A stretch of DNA of 64,000 bases, taken from the NCBI GenBank assembly GCA_964035545.1, contig OZ037773.1, forward strand, positions 9,825,751 to 9,889,750, read 5' to 3'. The notes under the pieces were generated by a model. That model did no database searches. It was not told the origin of the DNA and worked only from the letters and a program-made list of their open reading frames with translations. The translations under genes and the position numbers were made by a program. Below, one piece after another: positions 38,433 to 54,600 of this stretch (the stretch's first letter is position 1; every line of letters starts with the position of its first letter). The stretch is from Bugula neritina. Lineage: Eukaryota; Animalia; Bryozoa.

Positions 38433-38575
38433 GCAACTTGAAATTTAGACTCATATATTGTTGATATTGTATTATATTATCAGTTTATAACAGAATTATG
38501 TAAACAAATACCAGTTATAAACAGTAAAACCCAGCATATCTGATGTCTGACCAGCTATATACTTTTATTTAGCTA
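38433..38575 (-). pseudogene. Degenerate relic of DEG/ENaC exon 2 upstream of gene B (paralogue of 17381-17520)
   Basis: Reverse complement gatatgctgggttttactgtttataactggtatttg...gagtctaaatttcaagttg. Confidence 0.8.
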
Positions 38576-40467
38576 TTCACTAACTATAGCGATGAATAAT
38601 ATTCCCTCCTAGTATATGCGCATATAGGCATGCATATAGTCACAACAAAAACGTACCAGCATACGTATATAAATATGTCACAATAAATAAAGATAAGTCA
38701 ATGAAAGTGGCCATGAGCATGTTCAAATTAGCTACATAAGTATTTAGATTTACTTTTATAGTTGTTTATCATCTGTACCATACCGTCTGCATCCTCTACA
38801 GGATTTGATGTTTGGCTGTATTATCAGCTTCAGTTTGATCTATCTCCAAGGGAAGTAATGCTTCCTCCAGCTCGGCTAGAGTTTCAGTCTGGTGGCACTC
38901 CACAGTGTTGTCTCCAGGGTTGAACAAGCTCGTTATTATACACTCTAATGCTCCGTAGCTGAGTTTTTTACAATCAAGGTTTTGATCGTGGTATCACTTT
39001 GATTAGTCCCCAATCTAGTTTTTAGCATACTGAGACATTGTCAAACTGTGATTGACAAAAAGTGTTAACCAATCAAGTATATTATGATTCCTTTTTTAAC
39101 GTCAATAGCTCTTCTCAAGACTACAAATTAAATTTCAAATAGATATGTTTGAATAAACATAATTTGAGCTCATCGTTTAGTCACTTTCTGGAATAGTATA
39201 GAAACTAGATAATTGTAATTCATGATTGTCTCGCTCATGATTTACGCTGACCGAATTGTTTGGTTGATGCAGCACACCTCATGCTAAAAGCTTTAGCTAA
39301 CTAAATATTTACAATTCAGGGAAAGACAATCCTGTACCCAATAACAGCACATAGAGCATCAGAACAGACAACTCCTATCTTGATGCAATAAATGCAGGAG
39401 CACACAACTCTAACTTCATTGACAGCACCAACAGTACAGTGATAGACAACTCCCATCCTTAATGCCAGGACCACCAACATGACAGTACAGAAACCACCAA
39501 ATCATCAAATGCTTCTTAAGGAGCATATGCAAATTAGAGTAGCTTCAACTCTTGCTATAAATATCATCAAATTACTAAAAAAGTATTAATCTGGACCTAT
39601 ACATCCGCAGAGTCATGTGCAATAATTTTGATGTGTTCCAGGTTGAGCTGATGTTAGCTTCAAAAGCATTGGACACCACAGCAGCAATACATTTTTGTGA
39701 TTCAAGTATTACATAATTTATAATATTATTTCTAATCTAATATAGTTAGAGTTAGAAGAGAAAGGCTAAATACACTTTGCTGGTTTGCTATAATCTATAG
39801 TTAAAGCTCAAGAGCTTTTCTCTTAGGCTTTCACAGAGGTTTCAACTGCTTTTTGCCAATGTTGTTTTTACTTCTACATATACAGGATAAATGTCATGTT
39901 ATGTAGTGCAGTACAATTAATAGACTGATAAAAAGCTTATGGATTATTGAATAGCAGCAAACCCTAATTACCACATATGACGTATGCTTTCCATTTACAG
40001 TTGTTTCACTCCATCCATGCTTCTGTGTAAAATTAGGAATTCCAAAATTGTGCTAGTTTATCATTTCAAAAGGTCAGAATAACATTATTACTGTAATACT
40101 GTGTCTCAAATTGGGTCACATCAATCATTTTTAGAGAAACTAAACTGAGGGCACACCAATCCCAATTTAATCCTTTGTGACAAGATAAATTGTATTGGCT
40201 GTAATCCAACAATGACAATAAACCTGGTGTGTCATTTCCATATTGCTGTGGCATACATTATCACCTTAGAGTTTGTTGTATTAGTTGAACTAATGCAGTA
40301 AGGATACAAGTGGCCGACCACTAGCACGTGTTTAGTCTCGTATAACTGGCCTGTTCGTTGAATGTAAACAAAACTCAGTTAGTGTACATCTGCATGCCAT
40401 CACTTTGACAATTGCTACACCGTGCTGAGTTTTAAGAAGACCGACGTGTTAAACTAAAGCATCAAAG

Positions 40468-43400
40468 ATGTCTCTGACTGGTAGTGATTCTGGAGGCGCA
40501 AAGAAAGAGCTGACAGAGAGTTATTACCTTGACACCAGTCATCCATTGACCTCTAGAAAGCTAGATGAGTTTCTAGAAGAGGCCTGTTTAAAGAATAATG
40601 ATCGCTACATGACCTGGGTCAATCCCTATGAGAAGATGTCACATAAAGAGTTTTACACAAAGGTAAGTAATTTAATTCCTCATTTCCAATTTTACCACCA
40701 TGCAGCTTTATGTTTTTATGGCACATTGTTTCTCACTCAGGTTCTTGTGATACATTGAATGTGTGCCGTTGTAGACATAGTAATACTTAGTGTTCTTTTA
40801 GCTCTAACTGTATCACAAGCCTATTTATACAGCCCATGCAGTTGGTATCTTGATTATAAAGCCAAGCTTAAATGATATGTAATGTATTTCTGAATTCTAT
40901 CACATCTCTCTAACAACTTTTATTAGTTGATGCTCTAGATATAAACTGCAAGTCATTGTGTTTCTACTGCATGTATTATAAATATAATCTGCCTATGTTC
41001 CACAGGCTATGGTGCTCGCCAAAGGACTGCTAGCTATCGGTATGAAAAGAGGAGACACATTTTGTAGCTTTGGTTCCCAAGGTTCAGACCCTGTCCTGCT
41101 ACTGATAGCTTGTGCTTCACTCGGCATAAAATACACAGTGAGTTTTATAGAAGCAGGTGTGGTGGTGGAGAATTTTCTAGACTAGAATTAAAGCAATAAG
41201 AGTAATATTCTCTTAAAAATTACAACTTCAGTCCAAACTAAAATTTATTGTGAAAATCAAAGAGCTCAGCTTATTGAAATTTCTCCACTACTGCATATAA
41301 ATGATGAGGCTTTGACAATCAACGAAGGCTTGTAACTCCAAATAGCACTATATAGCTATATAATCAAAGCTTGCAAACAAGTTTATCTGATCACATGCTT
41401 GTCATAGCTAGATAGCAGTTATCAAGTTTCCTGTGCAACTTGATAACTGCTCACTTTTAGTTGACCTTAATATGACTTATTAATATAGACTCTGATATTC
41501 AACAGGTTGCTTAGTACAAATATCTAATCTACTTTCCCTAGACTGTTGCCTTTGAAAACTTCAAGTCTCACAATTACCTTTTCAGTTTATAAATAACATT
41601 TACAATAATTAACCAAGGCATGTGTAGTAAGTAAGTGGTACTAATTGTAGGCCATGCAATGCAAGCTATCAATGCCAGGTTTTAAATCCTCTTGAAAAAA
41701 AACAACCATCTTACCTTACTTGTCATATTAGGTTTCCAGTTAGCAAGCACTTGTAAGCCTAGGGCCACACTGTGCGTATTTTCGCATGCGAAAATTGAAA
41801 TCGAAAGTAGCAAAGGTGTCCACTGTGCGCGTTGAGAAAACGTTCGCACTTGTCGCTCTGCATTTTCAACGCAAGTGCGAATCGTCTCTGTCGTCGTCAC
41901 CTAATTGGCTGGTAGTTATTCAGCGAGCCCAATTTCTTTATTTTAGTGCTACATTCCAGTAAATTGCGTTTTATTGAAAGCGAGTGCGATTTAAAAATGA
42001 AAGCTTTATTTATCACGCATCACTGACGCTACAGTGGACACCTTTGCTACTTGTGATTTCAATTTTCGCATGCGAAAATACGCACCGTGTGGCCCTAGGC
42101 TTACTGCTGCAAGGCACTCAGCAGAATTTGACTTATGCATTGTGCTCTTTGCATGCACTAAGAAATCTATAGCTCTAACATCTCAGATGTCAAATAACTT
42201 GTCTAACATGCCATATATTCTGGCCCTTAAATCCCCAGCAACAGTTATGTAGTCAACTCTTTTTTAAATACATAAACATGTGCTATATTGGTCTCAGTTT
42301 TAGACTCACACAGCATGATTTATTAAACCCAAGTTTAACAGGAAAAATCAGAAATACATCAAGCTACAAATTATCTATAATCTGTGACATTCATGATATA
42401 GTTAGAGGGACTGAGCATTACTATTCTAGTTTATATTATTTTGTGATGTTTACATGACAGGCATTTTCAAAAATCATTAAATATGTTGGCTTGGCTGTTT
42501 TAGTTGAGGTTTTGTGTTGACAAAGTAGATATTACAGTGGGGAGAGGAGGGTGTCTCGCTTGCAGGTTATAGCCTTGGTCTTTCTTGTATGCTCAACATT
42601 AGGTCTTATTTTCCCCAATGACTTAGAACAATAGATTAATTTCTAGAATTTTCAGCTTCACTCTGTCTGCAAGTTTATTCTGTTTTAGACACAATTAAGT
42701 CTGATTTGTGGGTTTGGTAACATGCAACATTCTGAAACAGAGCTGGGTTTGGTTTGTTTCACCTCAACCATTGCTCACTGATAAATATTCCACTGCGATG
42801 GCTCAAACTCAAAAACCTATCGAAAATTTTTTGGTGTTTGGCTTGAAGCCCCATTTAGTCTTTTTTTCCTTGAAGTCTGGATGCCAGCCATATCTATAAA
42901 AAATAAGAAAATGTTTTTGTCCATCAATCTTGAGTATTTTGAGAATTCGTCAACCAATCATCATTCTTCGTTTATGTTCTAGGTGCAGATATACTAGTTG
43001 TAAAACACATGTGCCTTGCACTCCAATGTACCTCAGCATAAACAACATCGTATTTTAATACTCTGGTAAATGATTTGCTAATAAATAGCTTATACAACCA
43101 CAAATTGGCTCATAGCCAAATTTCCTGTTCCCAATCCTTCATATTATTATGTCATAAATATTGGCATATGACACCACACATAGATTTCTGCAACCACCTG
43201 CTATTTATTTCATTGCATCACATAACTCTCAGCTTGTCCAACACTCAGTTCAGTTCTGTATGAATAGAAAGCTTCCAGTGACATGTCCTTCAATAACATC
43301 ATAAACAGAGCAAATATGCTAAATGATAATCTATAATATTATGCTATATGATATATGCTATATATAATATTATATAGCATATGATATATGCTATATGTTT

Positions 43401-46400
43401 TTTCATACGGATTGCGATACACTTATATGTCTGTAACCTACCAAAACAAGTTTTTTCACAATATTTTTCCTGTATATAGTAGCAAGTTTAAACTAATTCT
43501 TAGGGGGCCATCCATAAATTATGTCACACTTTATTCAGCACTTTTTGACCCCCCCCTCCCCCCTTGTCACAAAGTGTCACGCTTATATGACCCCCTCCCC
43601 CCATGTGATGTCACACAGATTATGTAAACGCCCTTTTAAGATTAAATGGCATGACATGAACCACACTAATGGTTACATTATATAGGTCACAGGTGCAGAG
43701 GTCAAGGAGTGGGATTTTTGCTAATTGGTCTGGGGAGGGGGGTCTGTTTTTATTGTGCTTTATATTGACAAAAAATACATGTATATGATGTTTTATGTTC
43801 AGTATTAATACATATCTGAAATATTTTGTTTTGGTAAAATATTTGAAAATGTGACATCACACATATCTACCCTCCCCCCTCCCCCCTGTCACAAACTGTC
43901 ACACATGAGGGTACCCCCTCCCCCCCCTTGAGCGTGACATAATTTCTGGATGGCCCCTAGTTGCCTTTCCCAAGGATATCAGCGAATAATACTCTTATAT
44001 TCATTATTTAAATGCTTTTTGCTTTTGCCTTTTGTCAGTTTAGTGTTGCAAAGTTGGATGTTAGCCAGTGTATTAAGTAGTCATTGCTATTAGTCTAGAA
44101 GTAACCTCCCAAAAAGTGCTCAAAAAATTGGCTTATTACACTTTACTAGGTGGCCACTCAAAAAAAGTTGTTTTTAGATCAAAATTTTGTGCTGATTCTG
44201 AATCTACAAACTCTAGAATTCTATCTCTACCCAAACTCAAGATATTGCAAAAAACAAATCGGCATTTGTGAATTGTGCAAAATAGTATCCAATTTTATCA
44301 AGCTATCTTGAAGAAAAAATATTTGTTAAAATACCAAAAATAATTGCCTCTTACTTAGAATTCTATGCTGATACTGAATTTAAAGACTGCAAGAGGCTAT
44401 CTCAAATTATAACCAAGTTGTTTATATAAACATATATAGTCTAGAAGTAACCTCCCAAAAAGTGCTCAAAAAATTGGCTTATTACACTTTACTAAATGGC
44501 CACTCAAAAAAAGTTGTTTTTAGATCAGAATTTTGTGCTGATTCTGAATCTACAAACTTTAAAATTCTATCTCTACCCAAACTCAAGTTATTGCAAAAAA
44601 CAAATCGACATTTTAGATGGGTGATAAAAAGAAATGTGGATTGTGCAAAATAGTATCCAATTTTATCAAGCTATCTTGAAGAAAAAATATTTGCTGAAAT
44701 ACCAAAAATAATTGCCTCTTACTTAGAATTCTATGCTGATATTGAATTTATAAAGACTGCAAGACACTATCTCAAATTAAAACCAAGTTGTTTATATAAA
44801 CATATGTGTTTGTTATGAATCGACATATATTGCATGAGGCATAAGCATGCAGAATAATCATGTATGACCAAGCTATTTATACAAAAATAAAAACAAAGTC
44901 ATGCTGATGTGTGAAAAAACTATATTATTTATAAAATTATAGTACAAAATAAATGTTGAAATGAATAAGTATTGAAATCTTTTGAGCTCAGCCCAAGTGA
45001 ACCATTTGCTATAGTCTGTGGGTAGCCGTTGAACGTCTGCAAAAATCAACAAGATTTTGTAAAATTATTTAGAGGAACAGAAGCATGACAGATTATCAAA
45101 ATCAAATTGGTTGCAGCAAAATATATAACAAATGTCTAAAAATAGTGCTTTATTATGAAAAAGTATTCTCGTCACCATTGTCACTGCCATCAGTCTCATC
45201 AGTTTTATCCCCAATATAGAGCTTCTTCTCAGACAATCCTTACATTGACAAACATCAGTGTATGCACTGCATTTGAGACTTCTGACATCCACATCTTGAT
45301 ATGTTGCAGCTGGTCTTACAGGAGCAGTTTAAACTTTGCAATATACATGTTCAGGTACGGAAGCTTGAATCTTTTTATAATATTCTGGGGGTAATGCATC
45401 AATATAGGCTGTTGTCACTCTTCTCCAAATGGCTGCCTGATAATTTGCTCTTTTTACATGCAAATTTAATTCATCATTTGTTGGAGGCAAACTCTATTAA
45501 GTTATTTTAGACGGTGAACGAAATACAGAGTATCAGACATTATCTATATATGGATTTCCTGCTCCATAAAGCTTATAGACAAATTGTTCTACTTCAGCCG
45601 CTGTGATTGCTTACAGCTTAAAATACTTCCCAAGGTGTTCAAAGTTTCCCATACATTATGGATATTTTCTCAAAAAAGAGTAGGCTGTGCGCTATCATTT
45701 TCCATAAAAAGCACTATAGTCGAATAAAAACCTGTTAAAGCATGAAATCTACCAAGTGCTGCACACAACTGCGGTCTGGATTTATTTGCTGCAATGTTGA
45801 CATCCAAATATCTATAATATGATTATGGTTTCCTCCCAGATAGACGCTATTTTTATTTTGTTACCATATATATTAATATTACCTATATAACTGATGAATT
45901 GATTGCTAATATGCTAATAGCTATATGTAGCTAATACATATACTAATACTAATACTAATACTAATATAGTAATACATTAATAATAGACACTATCTTTAAT
46001 GGATACTTAATAGCAAAATATATTTTCAAACATCAGACAAGATGTATAAAATAATATACAAAATTAAAAGTTAATGCAAATCAAAAAAATTTATTTATGT
46101 GCTAAATAACAAGCAATTGATCCAAGTTTATTTAAATATACATATATTTCAATAATATTAAAATAAGTTGCACATGAAAATACATTTTACCAAAATAAAT
46201 AACTAGCGTCTAAATAGGAACTTTAGTCTAGCCTCTATCTGGCATGACACCATGATTACCACACCAGTGAAAAAAAAAATTGGTAAGAAAGTAATGTTTT
46301 GCAAATAGCGAGACTTAGGATGAAAGATTGAGATTTGATTATTACACGTGAGATTATGATGTTCATAAGATATTTTGCATGTAACAAAGTTTGTGTATCT

Positions 46401-49400
46401 GCTTCCTCATGATCTAATTGTAAGCATTTGAGTTCTGCTTTCTTAGGAATTCCACCATGTTTGGTAAAATTGTAGCGAACGCAATTTTTTTTGGTATGCA
46501 TCAACTATAATAACCATATTGTTCTCTAAAATATTTTTACTCCATGTTTCACGAAAAAATGCACCAGTCTCAAACTCAGCTTATTTTATTTGCTGATAAG
46601 AAATTATTATTTTTGTAACAAATGGCACACATGAAAAAAGTACATGCCTATGATTTTTGAATGAGGCAGCCCAAGATCATTTTTCTAATGGGTGGTCTAA
46701 ACTTAACCATATATATTAAACATTATAGGAAAGCTTTAGGGTATTTCTTCTGAGATAAATTGGCTCTATAGTCATTATATCAAGATAGTATAAAAATATG
46801 CATTTTAACCAATAGCATTGTTTTAAAAACCAGATTGCTTATGTATATATAGTTCAGCCTAAATTTATTAGCAAAGCTCAATTGTACACATTTAAAATAT
46901 TATCTTCCGGAGTCCAGATCAACTAGCTCATGCTTCTCATTACTTTTTTGTAAAAGTAGTTATTATATAATAAAAACGGTGAAGAAAATCATTATCAGAC
47001 ACAGCTTTACTTATAATTCGCCTTTTTTATAGCCGTTCAATAATAATGTTTGCCTTATAACTAATAAACCCATTCCTTTGTTTGTTTTCGTCCAAATAAT
47101 CCACTTTTTTCAGATTTTTTCACAAGAAAATCACTAGAAATAAACTCAGAGAAGTGAAAAACACATCTATGATTATCTGCAAGAGTTTTTGCTTGTATAT
47201 ATAATAAACTAGCTTCAATAATTTCAAGGTAATATTTAATAGATTTGGACAAAGTTGTGGGGAAACAACTCCTGTAACATTTAAAAGAGTTTTTGTGATT
47301 AACCGGGTGAACAGAAAAATTTAGAGTTGTTATAAAAGAAAAGTGAAAAAAGTATCTATAATTATTAGCAAATTTATTTTGCTTATATAAAATAAATTAG
47401 CTTAAATAATTCTAAAATATTTAGCCGATTCACAAAAACGTTGAGAGAAAACAACTCCTGATTAATTTTAAAAGTTTGAAGCGTTTTTGTGGCTAACTGG
47501 GTGCACAGAACAGTCTAGAGTTTTCACAGATTAATTAGGACCCTTCAAACTTTCTATTTCTAAAAAAATTGCGTGGCCACCCCTCGAAGTGTAATGAGTG
47601 AAAGATAATTGGAGGTTACTTCTAGACTATATAGTTAAATGATGATATAATTTAAAGATTGATCAATTACTGCCTGTCTATTATGTAACCTCCTTTAGTG
47701 CCTGGATGCAGTTCCCTGTATCACTGCGTTTCCATTATAGCATTATGCGAATGGATTTTTTCATTCGGCTAATGGAAACAGTTACATCGGATGAAACCGC
47801 AACTATAAGGTAATGCAAACCACAAATCACAAATAATCCGTACGGGGCATTCATTCGCATTATGCGCAGTCATGGAAACGCAGTGTATATGTCTGTATGT
47901 TTATTTCCTACTTCTGCAGGGTGAAGTGAAATTCTAAATTTGTTTTTTTTTAAAGTGACATGTTGTATAATACTGTATATATTATACTTTATCACTATTA
48001 TAAAATGCGCATAAATTATTTGGAATTGTCTTTCATTTTTACTAGAAACTTATACAAGTTTATGCTTACTATATCTCTATGAGAAATCCCTCATGGAAGG
48101 AAAGTTTTTTAAAGCAGGCCAAGGACCTGCTCATATATGGCACAAAAGCAATTACAACTAGATGCTTTTGCTACTATCACCAAGGACCTTTACTGGGGGT
48201 CAAACCCATGACCTCATGTTTACCAAGCCTACCCTCTAACCCCTAGACCACAGAATTTGTTGAAAGTGCAAGGGTTCTTATTAGCCATTATGTAGTAATT
48301 ATGAAATACAGACTAAACTAATTTGGCCAAATTGATTGCAATAACATTGCCATTGTTATTATTTATTACAGGCCAACTACCTTTACGCACCAATAGCAAA
48401 TGTCATACGAATGATGATCACAAGGGTAAGTCACTTATTCAACTAAAGTCTTAGAAAAGGAACATATTTTGTTCGTTTATTGGTTTATGTTTGATTTGAT
48501 AGTTTGGTGGTTTCAAATATAATTAATATTTCTTTTTTGCTTGCATCAATCTGATTATATAACTGTTACATAATTTTCGTATGAATAATTACTATATAAT
48601 GTATGATGTTTATATTCTTTTTATAAAAAGCAGTAGCAAGCAAGTGAGTGACAAACTATTTAAATGAGTGACAACTTTTTAACTTTTCAAAATAATTCCA
48701 AGAAGAATTTTACTTTTAGAAAGATTGAAAAAGTTTCTCAATTTCTGTTAAATTGTGTGTAGCCAAATATATTATTGTAATTTTTAGAGACCACATCTCT
48801 TTTTCTCATATATTTGTATATATACCTAGAATGTTTAAATTATTGTTGTGTTAGATAAAGCCCAATGCTGTTTTGGTGGGAAACTGTACATCTGGTAAAA
48901 GGCAAGAACTGGCTTGTGCTGAGTTCATCAATGTTATTGGAGACATCTCTAAGACACACCCCCATGGCATTGAGCATATTATCTATGATAGGAAAGCAGC
49001 CAATGACCCTCTCTGTAACATACAAGAGTAAGTTTCCACACCCTTTTTGTAGCTACAGTACTTACTGAGCTGAATATGGTATGTTTACCTAATAGTTTCA
49101 AGTGTGTAATATTTGTATTTATAACACCTCATGCACTCCGTAATATTATTTTAAGACGTCTACTCTGCTCTAAGTGCCTATATTTAAACTATGTTCAGCA
49201 AACCAAAATGGCTAGAAAACAATTCGCCCATCATTTATTACAGTATAAAAGTTTCAACATCCCTTGCATGCCATAATTATAAGAAACATGCTTAGTTATA
49301 TTCAGTGTCAGCGAATTTTGTCAGTATTATAATTTTTATTATTTCTCAAACACAATTTTATAAATTAACGCATTGAAATTTAATATAACAGCTTGAATTG

Positions 49401-50744
49401 AGCACAACAACATACAACATCCTCACACTGCAAATGTAAAAGTAGATAACAGTTATATAAAACATATGTGCATCAGAATAGGTTTTAATTGCAGTGAGCT
49501 ATGATAGAGAAGAAAATGTAAAGTACTTCCACGTAACTTATTTTTGTAGTGACTGGACTTCTCTGGACAGTATCTATGAGTTGGGAGAGAAGATAAGCGA
49601 TGAATTTCTTAGAGAAGCCAAGGAGAAAGTTGTTCAGGAAGAGCCAATCATATATTTATGTTCATCAGTATGTACCTTTACCGATACGCTAGAACATTCT
49701 ATATAACAATCTTAAAATAAGATATAATATACTAGTTCATCTACATTTTTTATTATGATATAATATTATAAAACACTTATATAATAGTATCTATACTTTA
49801 TTAATTTATAGAATATAATTATGTTTTGTGTATGTACTGCAAATATTGTATAATATGTCTTGTAGCACGCACTGCAAATATTGTATAATATGTCTTGTAA
49901 GACACTTACATTAACTATTATATAATCTACTAAAATGTTCTAATGTGCATGTTTTAAAAACATTATATTATTCAAAACATGCTTATAATTGCTATATGAT
50001 ATTTTTAGTATAATATTATGCCAATATTATTAAAAAATCTTCAAGATAAAAAGTTGGACACGTTAAAAACTGGAATATACTATAAGACTATTATTTTTAT
50101 ATAATTAGATATATAACTACTGTCTGATGAGTCATATGCTAGTATTTTGTGCAGTGAATAACACCCCATTATATTTAGCTTAGTTTTAAAGCTCAACAAA
50201 CACTGCATTTCAAAATGTTTTGACAAAATAAGTAGCATATTGCAAAAAACAAAATTTCAATTTCTGCAAACACTGGCCATTGGAAATATAATCATTTGAT
50301 CTTATAATCAATGCATTATAGTGTAATATATACTTACTGTAATATATTTATAAATAAGGTTGAAAATACACATGTTAATATTTGTTTGTGTAGGGGTCTA
50401 CAGGGGAGCCTAAGATTGTGCTGCTCAGTGCTAGAAACATGGCTAATGCAGCTTTCCATGGTCAACAAAGGAATACTGGAAATGTATGCATTTTATTTAC
50501 TTATAATTATGTTTTGCTATGTTCACATAGTTATTTATTATATTTTATATAATATGTAATCTGTTTTCACATCTGTTTTCATTTTCTCAGCTTCTAGTTG
50601 TAAGAGTGACAGAAACTAATAACTGACTATTCTTCTGATATTGAATCGGTAGCAGAGTTCTACACACATGCACATACACGCATCCACACGCACGCACACA
50701 TACACGCATCCACACGCACGCACACATACACGCTGGCACGCACG

Positions 50745-50782
<38 letters not shown>

Positions 50783-50979
50783 CACCCACACACACACACA
50801 CGCACACTCACACTCACCTACACACACACTCACATACACACACACACACGCACACACACACACTCACATACACACACACATACACACACACGCACATACA
50901 CACACACATACACGCACCCACACACACACACACGCACACTCACACTCACCTACACACACACACTCACATACACACACAC

Positions 50980-51049
<70 letters not shown>

Positions 51050-51106
51050 ACTCACACACACACACACACACACACTCACATACACACACACATACACACA
51101 CACGCA

Positions 51107-51141
<35 letters not shown>

Positions 51142-51198
51142 ACACACACTCACACACACACACACACACTCACATACACACACACATACACACACACG

Positions 51199-51235
<37 letters not shown>

Positions 51236-51318
51236 ACACACGCACACACACACACACTCACACACACATGCACACACACACTCCCACATACACGCGCACA
51301 CACACACTCCCACATACA

Positions 51319-51349
<31 letters not shown>

Positions 51350-51605
51350 CCACACGCACTCGCACACACACACGCACACACACACTTCCACATACACGCG
51401 CACACGCACACACACACGCGCACGCACGCACACATACACGCACACACACACACATACACACACGCATGCACGCACACACACACACACGCACACGCATACA
51501 CACGCACACATACACGCACACACACACGCACACACACACACTCACACACACGCACACACACTCCCACATACACGCGCACACGCACACACACATACACACA
51601 CACGT

Positions 51606-51641
<36 letters not shown>

Positions 51642-54600
51642 GCACGCACGCACGCACACGCATACACACACACACACACGCACGCACACACGCACACACG
51701 CACACATACACACACACATACACGCACACATACACACTCACGGCCACAATTATATATACTTTATACAGTATACTATTTATCAATATTATTTCACTCAGGG
51801 GGTTGTTACATTTGGTGTCAACGACATAATGGAAGGGGATGTGAAGCTGATACTGGTAACATTCAGTTGTCTGGCAACTGGTAACAATGCAGTCATCTAT
51901 CCAGCTACCAACACTCCCGATGACTTGGCTGCAATCTCAGAAATCCTGGCAGCGACTGAAAAATACAAGTATGTATCGTGCTGCTTTAGGAAACAGAGTA
52001 TACATGCGTAGTACTGTGCTTTACAAGATTTCATATTATTCAGCATTGTTTTGTAAGAAATATCACGTCATATTTATGATTAGTATAGAGTATATAGACT
52101 GCTTTTATAACTATCTTATAACTTTTGGAGTTGTGTTATCTTGCTAGTTTGACACTAGTCTGAATACTAGACTATAGCTGCTGTAAATTATCTTATTTCT
52201 ATAATTTCGTAAGATTTGAAATTTTTAGTATAAATTATATTTGTAAAAGCCCTCAAATTGATATTTCTAATTAGTAAACTGCTGCATTGTATATTATCTA
52301 AATTTTTATAGAGTTGTGTTCCCTTACTAGCTTTAAAATGGAAAAAGAAATTTTTATTAGAAAAGTATATAAAATGTCAGTCAATTTTGCTAAAACAAAG
52401 ATTTTATTTATTATTGAAAAATTATTTAATATCGACAATATTTTTTAGTCTATTGAAATTGTTTTAATGTTCAACAGAATATTTTTAATTTAAATTTCAA
52501 AATAATATGTGACTAAATCATTTATTTTCAGAGTACAACTCATAATTCACCGCGCAGACTACCTCGTCAAGATTGCCAATGATCTCTCTTACAAGGATCA
52601 GTACGACCTCAAATCTCTAAGTTCGCTAGTTATTGGGGGGTATCTATCTTCCCCCGAACTGAAACAGAAACTCGCAGCCTTCGCCCCTTACTCTATGGTT
52701 AGATTATCAGACAAGGGCAGATAACTCTATTGCTAAATTCGATTTAACTATTTTTAAATTTTATTATTGAATTTTTTATTTTATTGTGTTTTAAATTAAG
52801 TTTTAAATTTCTTACACATATTTTCATTAACTGGACAAAATACTTATGAAGATAAGATGCTTTTAGCATTTCAGTTTAGCCTTGACCCTTGTTTACAGGA
52901 TGGCTATGGTGGTACAGAATTTTTAAACTCTATTGACCCTGCCCCGATTAGTTTGCTTCCTCCCGAGAAGATCAACACGGTCGGCAAGCCAGCAACCAAC
53001 GTTGAGGTTGGCACTACACAATCATATATTCCGGAAACTTCAATAAAAGGAGATGCTAACTTTACAAGAGTTATGTTAACCTGCATAACTTTTATTTGCC
53101 TAACTATAGCTCATATTTTTATAGTAAATCTGTTTTGTGTTTAGATGAAGATTGTAAATGAAAGCGGTGAGATTGTACCAGTGAACGAAAAGGGGGAGTT
53201 GTATGTCAAAGGTTGGCCTCTGTTCATTGAATACAAGGATCAACCGGAGCTGACAGCTAAGGCTATGAGTGAAGATGGATGGTACAAGACTGGGTGTGTT
53301 GTTACTGAATATTATCATTATTTTATTACAGCTATTAGAAATACGGATGCAGAAATTATAATTATATTAGATAACATTGTCAAAAGTTTTGTAGTAATTT
53401 ACAAAACTCTAAGCACCAAACAACTTGTATTGAATGTTGACTTGCCTTATGAAAAAGTGTGTGGATTTTCGTACATGCATGGTTCTATTAGTTTCAAATT
53501 TAGAATTTTGTAAAACTTTATTTTTGCTCTAAAACAAGAAGCATTTAGTAATTATTTAGTTTTCAATACAAATTAAAAAAAGTCAAAATTATTTTCAGTA
53601 GTTGCGAAACATTTGTAAAATTTTATTTTAGAGTAATGACAATCTAGTTTTAGCTCTCAATATTTGTAAATGACAATTTATTAAACAGTTTAAGAAATAA
53701 AAAAATTACTTACACTGAAAAGCTTATTCGAAATTATTGTTTAATTATATTATTCTTCAAATTTTGTAGCCAACTTGCACAAAAATGGTCAAGAATCCTT
53801 TTAGCATCTGTAACATTTTGGCACACTACTCTTCTCTAGTCCTAAAATTTTGTGTGAAAAAATTTGCTGCAATATTTTTACTCAATAATAGAAAATTATT
53901 TTTGTAGAATAAATGTATGGTATTATTACTTGCAGAGACATGGTCTCAATGGACAAAGACGGATACCTGTATCACTTTGGGAGACTTTCAAATGCTGAAA
54001 GATGGAAAATCAACTCTAGAGTTGTCTACTCAATTAGCATGGAATCCGTTCTAATGACTCACCCTCATGTCAGATTCAGTATGGTAAACTGACGAATTAG
54101 TATATTCTGATGATATAATGGTTTTAAAACTATGAAGTCTTGAATGATCATTCATAGAGAAATCTAATTCTATGTATTAGATCAACTCACAATTACATGC
54201 ATAGCATAATTAATCTTGTTGAGGTTCCTTTAATTTGGAGAATAAAAATTAAAAAATTTTCTAAGCATTTTTATTTACACATATTTTTGACCTTATTAAT
54301 TTAAAGTGATCGCTAGAATTATTTTCCGACTTAGAAACTTACTTCTTAATCACTACGAAAAAAATCATTATTCAAGGTTATTTTTAAAGCGCAGGATTTA
54401 AAAATTTTTATGGTTTCTACAAATTTTTCGGACTTCAAATCCCAATATTATTTTCTGACAGGTTATCGGCACAGACAATGGAAAAGGTCATGACCTCAAC
54501 TATGTCATAGAGTAAGTTTTTCCTTCGGTATATAAACTAGATTTATCTAATTTTTAACATCAACACATTTCTATAAGTTTAACACTTCTGTAGCATTAAA

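Noticed and set aside
42500-43330. Possible additional decayed TE coding sequence
   Set aside because: No recognisable motif or termini found by eye.
48195-48255. tRNA gene
   Set aside because: A and B boxes are present but I could not form a full cloverleaf; treated as a SINE head (also 6856-6920).
50613-50648. 36-nt micro-exon [12 protein letters not shown] in the ANL gene
   Set aside because: Frame-compatible, but the splice sites are weak and it is not needed for the ORF; left out pending RNA-seq.
50587-51798. 447-aa His/Thr ORF and antisense Cys/Val ORFs
   Set aside because: Microsatellite; only 51799-51968 is a real exon.
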